A program made the translations under genes and the position numbers. From positions 186,001 to 250,000 of the forward strand of contig NIVC01000049.1 in assembly GCA_002269645.1 (NCBI GenBank): a DNA stretch of 64,000 nt, read 5' to 3'. How positions within the stretch are numbered: position 1 is the first letter of the stretch; every line of letters begins with the position of its first letter. Below the pieces are notes generated by a model. The model had not been told where the DNA came from, did not search any database, and saw only the letters and a program-made list of their open reading frames with translations. This stretch comes from Macrostomum lignano. Its lineage: Eukaryota. Shown in pieces: positions 1 to 10,164 of the stretch.

Positions 1-815
1 TTAGGGTGTCAAGAGCTTCAATCTGGGTGTCAGTATAGCTTCAATCTGGGTGTCAGTATAGCTTCAATCTGGGTGTCAGTATAGCTTCAATCTGGGTGTT
101 AGTATAGCTTCAATCTGGGTGTCAGTATAGCTTCAATCTGGGTGTCACTATAGCTTCAATCAGGGTGTCAGTATAGCTTCGATTAGGGTGTCAGGAGCTT
201 CAATATGGGTGTCAGTATAGCTTCAATCTGGGTGTCAGGAGCTTCAATCTGGGTGTCAGTATAGCTTCAATCTGGATGTCAGTATAGCTTCGATCTGGGT
301 GTCAGGAGCTTCAATCTGAGTGTCAGTATAGCTTCAATCTGGATGTCAGTATAGCTTCGATCTGGGTGTCTGTATAGCTCCGATTAGGGTGTCAGTATAG
401 CTTCAATCTGGATGTCAGTATAGCTTCAATATGGGTGTTAGTATAGCTTCAATCTGGGTGTCAGTATAGCTTCGATTAGGGTGTCAGGAGCTTCAATCTG
501 GGTGTCAGTATAGCTTCAATATGGGTGTCAGTAAAGCTTCAATATGGGTGTCAGTATAGCTTCAATCTGGGTGTCAGTATAGCTTCGATTAGGGTGTCAG
601 TATAGCTTCGATTAGGGTGTCAGTATAGCTTCGATTAGGGTGTCAGTATAGCTTCGATTAGGGTGTCAGTATAGCTTCGATTAGGGTGTCAGTATAGCTT
701 CGATTAGGGTGTCAGTATAGCTTCAATCTGGGTGTCACCTAGCTTCAATCTGGGTGTCACTATAGCTTCAATCTGGGTGTCACTATAGCTTCAATTTGGG
801 TGTCAGTATAGCTTC
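1..815. repeat. 23-bp minisatellite (GGGTGTCAGTATAGCTTCAATCT) with 21-bp and TTAGGG-containing variants; runs off the window start
   Basis: About 35 directly visible tandem units without unique spacers. Confidence 0.95.
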
Positions 816-1549
816 GATTTTGGTTATTAAGCTATATTAAGCTGGTTATTAAGTGTATCTCGCAAAAACGTTGACTAAAATAATATGTATTCTGCTTATA
901 ACGGGTTTAGACAACCATGATACGCCCTCATTTACTGGCTACATGTAGAAAAAGTTTATTTTTTAGTTTCTCTGTCGTTTCCTCGAATTGCCAGCTCTTG
1001 TTTCGGCTCTCTGTACCCAACCGCCCACCCCAATAATTTAGTTGTTTGCTGTTTCAAGCTAATATTAATGGCAACATATAGCTAGAAGACCCAAATTCAG
1101 CCCTCTTCAGCCCAAACTATAAGCATTCGAAGCATTAGTCATGCTGCATAAGTAAGTGGGCCTTATTGGCTGCAGGCATCAGGGCTGTCAGGGCTCAGCA
1201 CTGAGAGTTGGCTGTGCCGCAAATGCAGCAGCCCTCCGTCTGCCGAACAACCCTCCACGCTCAGTGATGAAAAACAGCCAGCTTAGCGCACATTTATTGT
1301 TTATCAATTTGCAATTCCTTAGATGGCGGATTGCTAAGGAGAAAGCGTCAGTTGGATCAGGCAGTCGCCAAGTCAGCAACCGCAGCACGCTTAGGCCTGA
1401 AACCTTCTTCACTTCCTGCCGCTTACTTAAATGGGCACTGCAGCAATATAAAAGGAAAGAAACAAAGCAAGGCAGCAAGCGAAGGCCGCACGAAGCTGAC
1501 TTGCTTATTTGACTTTCTTCAACTAAAGTGAGACACCAGTCTCCTCGGA

Positions 1550-4500
1550 ATGAAGTCGCAGTTGTTATTGCTATTAGCCTTACTACTAGTGACTCGAACT
1601 CATTGTCGCAACGGAGACTCTACAATTCGATTTCTAGTAGCAGATTCTGCTTTTGTGCTTCGCGGCGACAACAGCGCCGCTAGTGGAAAGTCTCTGTTAG
1701 GTTATCGAGTTGCAGTACTCAAGCAGTCAAACGATCACTACCTGCTGGTCTCCGATCCCAGAGCTGCAGCCGCCGGTACATCTGTCACTAGCGGAGTTGT
1801 CTACAGAGTCAAACTAACGGGCGACGAGTTCAACACGACTAAGGAGCTGCGCAGCGTTAGCGCAGAGATTTCGTTTGACTTCGCTAGCCAAGACCGAGAC
1901 CTGCACGCGAACAGAAGCGTAGTTCAATTCGGAGCGAGCATTTCTACTCTACGAAATGGTCAGTTCGCGGTGTGCGCTCCTGGCTACAACTTTGCTAATA
2001 GTTTCAATCACTCGGTCACGCCGGGTCTCTGCGCCTATTGGCGATCGGTGAACTCTCGGCCGCGTTGGATACAGAAGGTATTCAAATACGAGCCCAATCA
2101 CGTGCATGACAAGATGTTTGGCAACTGCATGGGCGGCTTTGACGCGATGCTATACGATCCCGTGGCGCCGAAACTGGCCATCTCTGGCCCGTTCTGCATG
2201 AAGGGCGGGCTAGCCTCAGTGTCCTTGACAACTAACGAGACGACTTACGAAGAGTTTAAGATGGGAGACGAAAATGACTACTCAGGTTTTTCGTTGACTT
2301 GTGAGCCAGAAAAGCAGAACCCAGATCTGTACGCAACGGTGCCGCACTCCGCCAGCATAACCTTCACTTTGATGTGGCGAACACGACCGTCAAAAGTAGA
2401 TCTTCAAAGAATCGTTATGAGAAGTGAAAACCCATACTATAGTCACCTTAGAAAAGCATTTAACTACATGGGCTATTCGAGCGCTACAATAAAGTCAGTG
2501 AATCCGGTAACTAGAATAAACACTACCGCCATAATACTGGGCGCACCGTTTGAATCGAACAATTCGACCGTGAATTTCGGCTGCGTCTACGTTGTGCCCG
2601 TTGAAGCCGACTGGACCGACAGTCAAAGGGATTCACTGGCTTTGAAGTCCGCTCCGGTTCGGTACTGCGGCAGCGACCCCGGTGGTCGACTCGGCATATC
2701 CGTGGTTAACATCGGCGACATCAACCACGACGGCAGTGAGGACTTTGCGGTTGGTTGTCCGGGCTGCGGCCCTAACGCCACGGGAGCTGTATACCTGTTT
2801 CTGGGACAGGGAAGCTATCGAGCTGAGCAAACACTAGAGCCGTTTGAGATTTTAGAAGCGACCACCGACTTATTCCCAGGCGTGTCTGGCCTGGGCTGGA
2901 GTCTGGCCGTAGCCGATGATCTTGATAAAAACGGAGAAAATGAAATTGTAGCCACTGCCATCAACAGCGGTCACGTACTTCTCCTGCCAGCAAGGATTCT
3001 CATGAAAATGTCCATCGAGATTAAATCCCACGGAACTTTTATTAAAGATGTGAAATTTAGTGATCTTGAAAATCGAGAATCTATGGAAGTTGATATGGTT
3101 ATTTCCTTCCGCACCGGCCCAGGTAGCGATGCCAGAAAGTACAAATTTGATTTCGAGGTGAAGCTTCAGGAATTCGTCGAAGCGCAGAGTCTTAAACGTT
3201 TTGACATCGAACCTGTTAGTCCCTCAACATCCAGACTTGATTACTGGCAGCAAGTGGCTCGCAACGTCGACCCAAAGCAGATTAATTTGTTAGAATTCCC
3301 ACTTAAATTTCGCATTAGTTTTCGATCGAATTCGACGCGACATTTGCCAGCAAATATTCTGATGCGAGATCTTGCAGTTCTAGTTCGGTGGCGCATGAAT
3401 AACCGCAAAGTCCAAGGCGGTCCTAATCATTTTTCCCGGCTATTCTGTATGAAAATAAAGTGTTTCCAAATTATGACAACCAATTGACAGCTCGGATTTT
3501 TGGATTTCTGCCCGGTGTCTGTGAAGGTTCTTTTTGCGAATCGAAAGGCAACCTGAAACTGGAGCTACTGAATTCATCTCAGCTCACATTGAGCTCCTTC
3601 CAACCGATTACTGTGGCACTATTAGTTCGCAAGACAACGCCAAGCATTTACTATGGCGGCTCGGCGATTCAGTTCGTCTTGTCCGACGGAATAAGTGTGA
3701 TTGGTAACGCTGAAATTCACCAGAGAGGAGTCAGAAGCAAAGTTGCCTACTGGAGTGAGCACAATGAGTTGCTCATTACTGAACCGTACCCATTTCAGAA
3801 CGATCTCTTAACTGAGAGCAATGAAGGCTACCTGAATGTCTACCTGCAGCTTCGTTTCGATGGAATGCGTTCAAACTATCGAGCTAGGTTCAATCTGATC
3901 AATATATTAGCCAATGAGGGATACGAATCCTACGTTACAGAAGAAATAGACGAAACTGATAACGTACAATCGATTGATATTACGTTCAACACTTCACTTC
4001 TGTTAAAACTGCTGCCTCAGAATGAAAACACCACCGTGGTTGATCAGCGGAAAAGTACGGACGAGGCCTACTTAAAATCGCTGAGACAACGCGTGTCAGG
4101 AAGCGTCATTGGGCCGCCGTTGCAGCACACCTACGAGTTGTTCGCCGCCTCCAAGCCGATGCTGCCAGTCCGCGATCTGTCACTAACCGTGCGAGTGCCG
4201 TTCGCGACCGCGGACAACAAACTGCTGCTGTACTTTCCCAGGAAGAGCATCGGCTCATCGGTTCATACGGCGACGAGTCAAATACAGCCTGGCTTGCCGT
4301 TCCTTAGCAACGATATGGAAGGCTTTGCTGATAACAGCGGCTACGAATGCCAACCGGTGGAGCGGGATTTAAGCGAACTTCTGTTCAAGCCGGACCTGGT
4401 GCTGCTGGAGATGAAGCACCGGACTAATGCATCAGCAACCATGGCGCGACGGAGACGCGAGGCTCAGCAAACCAGCGCTGGAGCGGAAACCTCTCTGGCT

Positions 4501-5079
4501 GCTTTCAATTCCAGTTCCTTCGCAACTAGTGATTCGAAGGTGCTGCCTAAAAACAAAGAAGTAGAAACTATTCCATTGTTTGACTGTGAGAAGCCGCAGC
4601 AGGCCCCGTTCGCGTTCAAGTGCATCACCTTCAACTGTCGGGTGCGCACTATGATTAGTCGAAACGGTTCAGCGGACATCACGGCCGACAAAGTCTATCT
4701 GCACGTGCACGCAAAGATTTGGTCGCCAACGTTTTTCGATGCCCGATTGAAAACGTTCAGCATTAGAAGCCACGTTGCTCTTCACTGGACGCGCTCCTTG
4801 GCCTTTCTGTCTGTGGACAAGACGGACAATTCCAGCATCATGGAGACATTCCACTTTATCAACGCCGAATTCCCAATTGATGAGGAGATTCCTTGGGGCT
4901 ACATTGTGCTAGCGATATTCCTTGGCATCTGGCTTCTGCTGCTGTGTATTCTGCTTCTGTGGTACTGCAACTTCTTTAAACGCAACAGGCTCGACTATAA
5001 CTCCTTGCCGCAAAAGGAGCCCGAAAGTCAAGCTGATCAAGATCCATTCTATTACATTGAGAACACGGATGCCACGTAA
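1550..5079 (+). CDS. Integrin alpha subunit, intronless, split by a single frameshift near 3430-3436 (about 1176 aa if repaired)
   Basis: Signal peptide; FG-GAP repeats with Ca-binding loops (LGISVVNIGDINHDGSEDFAVG, LGWSLAVADDLDKNGENE); knee-like PAIL...C....C..GNLKL in the second frame, which is open from 3427; furin site RRRR; TM helix followed by NFFKR (GFFKR variant). Confidence 0.92.
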
Positions 5080-5499
5080 AAACACATTGAATGCGAATAC
5101 AAAAAGGTCTATATTGGTACACTATTGGGGTCTATTAGCCAAGCTGATGTCAAGCTTTTTCTCGGTATCTCATTTGACTTGTAAAGCTAATAGTTAATAC
5201 GAATTTTTTTCTATTTTTGTGCAACGAAATTCTAAATTTCTTACCGCGACTACGTGTACACTGTATATGAATTTGCTACTAAGTCAGTAGTCCTGCTTGG
5301 GAAAATATCTTTCAATCTAAATATAATACTGTCAAGCTTTCTATCCTGCGAAATTAATCTATTTATGAGCCAATGAACGTGGTCAAGTCATTTAAGTCAT
5401 GCATTTAGCCTGTGTTTTTGCTTTGTACGGGTATTGCAAAGTCATGCAGACTCTAAGCTATCTAGCTTATTTAACTGTAAACAGTTAAATTCAGCCTGC

Positions 5500-5712
5500 G
5501 GGGCAATGAGTGCCTGCCTGCGGCGCTAAAAATGAGTGTCTGAATGCGGCACCAAAATGACTGTCTGAATGCGGCGCCAAAATGAGTGCCTGTGGCGCCA
5601 AAAATGAGTGTCTGAATGCGGCACCAAAATGACTGTCTGAATGCGGCGCCAAAATGAGTGCCTGTGGCGCCAAAAATGAGTGTCTGAATGCGGCGCCAAA
5701 ATGAGTGCTTGC
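5500..5712. repeat. Short tandem array with a 72-bp higher-order period (25+25+22 bp subunits, core AAAATGAGTG..TGAATGCGGCGCC)
   Basis: Repeats visible directly; 24-aa periodicity in overlapping ORFs. Confidence 0.85.
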
Positions 5713-6941
5713 AACACCGATAATTTAGAAATTTAGTAATGTAGAATTCTTGGCTCTTGTCCTCCTCCACGATAAAATCGATGGCGGCGCCCCTGAGGAG
5801 TCGCATAAACTTCTGAAGCACTCTACAATATAGTATAATTCTTTTATACTCCATTCTGATACTGTCAGGACTGGTTTCTGCCCCAATAGCCTCCCTAGAC
5901 TTCTGCACCTATTTAGCTAAGGCTGAACGGAACTTCTACTTGTACTCTGCGCTCTCGCTTAGCGACATTTTCTTGCCCACCATGCAAGCTTTTCGAGTCG
6001 CACTCTAAACTTTCTACTTATCAGTAGACGAACTCGGACAAATGTCATGTCCAGGACAATATCGCTCATGGATTTCTCCGTTCTCCGGATTTTCTTCAAG
6101 TTCCAACGATCCGCATTTTACCATATGTTACATATTAATCAAAAAGCATAGTTGCTTGCAGAAGAGTGACAGGAAGGTTTCTTTAAACAATAAAAGTTGA
6201 ACGTGCACTTGTCGAATGACAGTTTTTTGAAGACGGGAGAAAGTTTCGCCGGCTTTACATGTAGATGGGGCTGAATTGAGACGTTGCCCGCAATGCTTTT
6301 TCCTGCAGCGCATTTAGCCCCTTTTGAGTAAGTTGGCAACACACTGCCGGCCAGCCTCGAACTGTTCGATCCACCTGTAAACCAGGTTTTCGTGAATTTC
6401 AGAGCATTTTTGACCAAGACTCCAAAGTGTAAAAATTGCGTGTCTCTGCCCTTCTGTAGAGTGAATGTTAGGGTCCATGACTGGAACAAATATTGCAAGC
6501 TGCTGTCTTGCACCTCTGTGCTTGATCAGCTCTACTTGTGGCTTTCTTCTGAGTGAGCATGAAGCACTATGCAGTGTGTATTATACCAATATTGATGGGC
6601 TGCAGAGGGCAGAAATGAGCTATAACGCCGAGGAGTGTTAGCTCGTTTCTGCCCGATGCGGCCCATCTATATTAGTGGTATAGTTAGCGGGCGTGAAACC
6701 GCGTTTCACGGGCCGCTGAGACTGTCTATGGTAAAATCCCATTTACTTCAATGCATTCAGTCGGTTTTATCTATGGCAAAGTCAGAAGAAAGCGGGGTCA
6801 AGGGGGCGCTGAGCCCCCTTGCGGGGGGTGTTGGGGCGGAGCACCCACATTAGCACATCAGCACACAAGACAAAGAAAGAAATAATGAAATCCAAAAATT
6901 GTCTATGGCCAAAACTCCTTATTTTGCGAATTGAAAAAATA

Positions 6942-7687
6942 TAGCTTTTTGCAGCCCATTTGGGCTTACGCGCATTGAATTTAATCCAAGATATGTTTGC
7001 CAATGTAACAGAGCTTTTGTCTATGGTAGCAAGGCTGGCACAGCGGCATTTATTTTAGTCCAACAAGCATCAATTTGGTCCATTTAGTTCATTTGCAGCT
7101 CAGTCCCAGAATTGTGGACCATATGCTAGGCTATTGAATGAATTTCATTGGCTTGTGATCGAAGCACTCGACGGAGGTGAACACCCAAAGGACATTGCAA
7201 GGTTGCTGAATGTAAAAGAAAAGGTGGTTTACAGCATCCAGCAGCGCGTTGAAACTCTGCCGGCAGAGATTGCCTGCGAAAGGGTGGCAATCGCCAAGGA
7301 AAGTTGCTCGAGAGCCTCAGGTCCAACTGCTACTCGATGCAGTGGAGACGAACCCTTTGTTGACGTTGCAGAAAATGCAGCAGAAGTTGAGGGAACAGCT
7401 CCAGTTGGTTATCAGATTTCTACTATCAGCAGAGCTCTGGAAAAGCAACTGAAAATTTTTGGTAGAGACGCTGACATTCCAGCGGTGCGCAACAACCTGC
7501 AGACGGTTGAGATAAGGCAGGAGTTTGTACAATGGCTCACGAGTGTTTGGACCAAATTGATGCTTGTTGGACCAAATTAAATGCCGCTGCGCCAGCCTTG
7601 CTACCATAGACAAAAGCTCTGTTACATGGCAAACGTATCTTGGATTAAATTAAATGCGCGTAAGCCCAAATGGGCTGCAAAATGCTA
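6942..7687 (+). mobile_element. TA-flanked inverted-repeat cassette 1 (about 140-bp arms) with a frameshifted Tc1/IS630-like transposase N-terminal HTH fragment
   Basis: Arms 6942-7081 and 7549-7687 are reverse complements ending in TA; internal pieces IEALDGGEHPKDIARLLNV, DAVETNPLLTLQKMQQKL, ISTISRAL and RNNLQTVEIRQEF lie in two frames; no DDE core. Confidence 0.7.
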
Positions 7688-7708
7688 GCTGATAACTGAT
7701 GTAACTGA

Positions 7709-8454
7709 TATTGGTTTTGACAATCAATATGAGAAAATGGACAATCAAAATGAAAACAGCCGTAGATCTGCATGCAGCAGCTCAGCTCAGCTTCGCAGCA
7801 GCTGCGGCTTAGGCCATAGACTTTTGACGATCGAAATGAGAATTGGACAATCAAAATGGCAACGCGCGGTTAGTTTAGCGAGGCAGCACATTTAAGCATT
7901 AGCCAGCCATCTTTCTCAGCCATCTCTCCAGTTTGCTGGTGATGGCATCACCTGTGAGCCCAGATGACAGACGTCGGCTCATCGAGGCAATAGATCGAGG
8001 CACACCGGTCACGGACGCAGCAATAATCCTTCAGCTGTCAAGTTCAACTGCTCATCGCATCGTGAGGCTGTACAGGAATGAGGGAAGGATGAACGGTATG
8101 CCTGACATCGTTGAGGAAGAGGCAGTTGCCCCAGAAGGCGTGAACCAGGAAGAGTGGCGTTACATGCTGCTGGAGAGAGTGGCGCGTGAGTCATTGCCTG
8201 AAGCCGTGACTCCAGACAAGGCAGCTGCGTGGGAATTGCGCTGCTTCCGTCAGCTTGGACGCTGCCTTGCTGGGCAGGAGTTCTGAACCTATGCTGCTGG
8301 ACTGCTGTGTTTCCATCATTTTTCTGACTGTGTTGCCATTTCTGTTTGTCAATTTCTCGTTTCTATTGTTAAAATTTCATTCAAATAAACGCGCACACTG
8401 CTCCCGTTGCCATTTTGATTGTCCATTTTCTCATATTGATTGTCAAAACCAATA
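7709..8454 (+). mobile_element. TA-flanked inverted-repeat cassette 2 (perfect 44-bp arms including TA) with an intact HTH-only ORF
   Basis: 7709-7752 is the exact reverse complement of 8411-8454; a partial inner copy of the arm occurs near 7844-7864. Confidence 0.75.
7942..8286 (+). CDS. Small protein with a Tc1/paired-like helix-turn-helix and an acidic C-terminal region
   Basis: ATG at 7942; VSPDDRRRLIEAIDRGTPVTDAAIILQLSSSTAHRIVRLYRNEG fits a transposase-type HTH and aligns with the HTH in cassette 1. Confidence 0.55.
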   Translation: MASPVSPDDRRRLIEAIDRGTPVTDAAIILQLSSSTAHRIVRLYRNEGRMNGMPDIVEEEAVAPEGVNQEEWRYMLLERVARESLPEAVTPDKAAAWELRCFRQLGRCLAGQEF

Positions 8455-8950
8455 CTAAGAATTATTAAGCAGCACTAAGCTTTACTTTTAACGACTACGA
8501 GGCTGACATTAACTAGATACTTATATGCATACGAGTTTTTTTTTACTTACTGAAGTTGGCCATAGATTATTGCAGCGGGCGGGATGCTGTGCGTTTCTCC
8601 CCGTTTCAACACGCCTAGGCTGACTATAATTCTATGGCCAAGGGTATGCGAACAAATGCATGCTGCTTACAGCAGGAAGCACTTAAAAAAATCGGAATTT
8701 CGTGGCATGAAAGCTAAAATAAGCCGCTAAATTTTAAGGCATATGATTTTTTAACACACACTAATACTTTTGGAAGCAAGCAAAAGTGACACAACTTCTG
8801 GGACACCCCTCGTACATAAATATTAGTGCGTCACTGTCTAGAAGAGTACGAGCTAGCATTATTGGAAAAACTGTATTTTTTCTGCAGTAGCAAATACTTC
8901 CACGCGCAAAGAATTTTGAGCCTATGTCTCTATGCATTATTTGGCGCGTT

Positions 8951-9366
8951 TGAGTAGTTAAGAGGATTAGTGAAGATGTTTGAGTAGCCATGAGGATTAG
9001 TGAAGATGATTGAGTAGCCATGAGGATTAGTGAAGATGATTGAGTAGCCATGAGGATTAGTGAAGATGATTAAGTAGCCATGAGGATTAGTGAAGATGAT
9101 TGAGTAGCCATGAGGATTAGTGAAGATGATTGAGTAGCCATGAGGATTAGTGAAGATGATTGAGTAGCCAAGAGGATTAGTGAAGATGTTTAAGTAGACA
9201 AGAGGATTAGTGAAGATGATTGAGTAGCCATGAGGATTAGTGAAGATGATTGAGTAGCCATGAGGATTAGTGAAGATGATTGAGTAGCCAAGAGGATTAG
9301 TGAAGATGTTTAAGTAGACAAGAGGATTAGTGAAGATGATTGAGTAGTCAAGAGGATTAGTGAAGA
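8951..9366. repeat. 30-bp minisatellite (TGAGTAGCCATGAGGATTAGTGAAGATGAT), about 14 copies
   Basis: Directly visible. Confidence 0.95.
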
Positions 9367-9577
9367 GGGGGGTTGCAACACAGCAACACAAACCCTGGCC
9401 CTCCCAAACGCACCCCGACACAACATGGAAGTGATCTCACCTCAACTACAAGGCAAATTATAAACTTTACCATCGATATTTAAACATTAAGTTTTGCCGA
9501 TAATTCACCGATAAAAAACCGAGAATCAAATGTGCGTACTCTTCTTTGATGTGTAATTCACTTAATGTAATTTCACT

Positions 9578-9653
9578 AGGGGGTTGCAGCCTAGTGGTTA
9601 AGATCGCGTCAGACTCATAACTGAAAGCTCGGGGTTCGATTCTCGACCCCCTC
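9578..9653 (+). tRNA. Degenerate elongator tRNA-Met(CAT)-like sequence (pseudo-tRNA or SINE head)
   Basis: AGGGGGT/ACCCCCT acceptor stem, A-box TAGTGGTTAAG, GCGTCAGACTCATAACTGA anticodon arm with CAT, B-box GGTTCGATTC; D-arm and T-stem pair imperfectly. Confidence 0.6.
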
Positions 9654-10164
9654 GATAAACTTACTTGATTAAACTTAATTGCAAGTGTGCATCTCAAAGG
9701 AAGAACCAATGCTTACTTCGTTTGAGATTCTGACGTTCAGAAGGTGAGGCATTAGGAATTTAGGTAAAAAAAACGAAAAAAACATGCATATCTACCTTGC
9801 TAGCGAAAAACGAATTTTGATGATAATATTTTAGTGTACTTTTACTTGTGCTTCGTTGTCTGTAATTGGTCTTGCATCCATTTGTTTATTAGCGTGACTC
9901 AGAATTGGCCAAAACAAGATTTCATCTGTCAGAGTTTCATGAACTTCACGTTTATCACAATTTCAATGTTCAATGCAGACAGTTGGTTTGTAAACTGGAA
10001 ACTTGAAATGCTGACCAGAGAGAATCTCTAACCGAACTTCCTGCACTCTCTGCTGTGCAAAGCACCGTGCTGGACTTTATTTATTGGCATTTTCCGTCAA
10101 GCATTAGACAAGCGTGCAACTGCAGACTTCAGAAAATGAAATTTTCAAATACCATTAGAGCGAT

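Noticed and set aside
1-815. Telomere or CRISPR array
   Set aside because: Only single TTAGGG motifs inside a 23-bp unit; no unique spacers and no cas genes; eukaryotic context
1156-1531. Short ORFs upstream of the integrin
   Set aside because: Overlapping in three frames with no motifs; likely 5' UTR or promoter
3428-3440. Programmed -1 ribosomal frameshift in the integrin
   Set aside because: T TTT TCC is not a canonical slippery heptamer, no clear downstream stimulator was seen, and similar homopolymer indels recur in the window (26892-26898, about 55875), pointing to sequencing error
5712-6540. Minus-strand ORF fragments (5471-5908, 6139-6513) as a gene
   Set aside because: Interrupted by stops and a tandem repeat; no recognisable family; may be a decayed transposon gene but cannot be supported
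8761-9421. ORFs with IIFTNPHGYS or ATQSSSLILM repeats
   Set aside because: Translations of the 30-bp minisatellite
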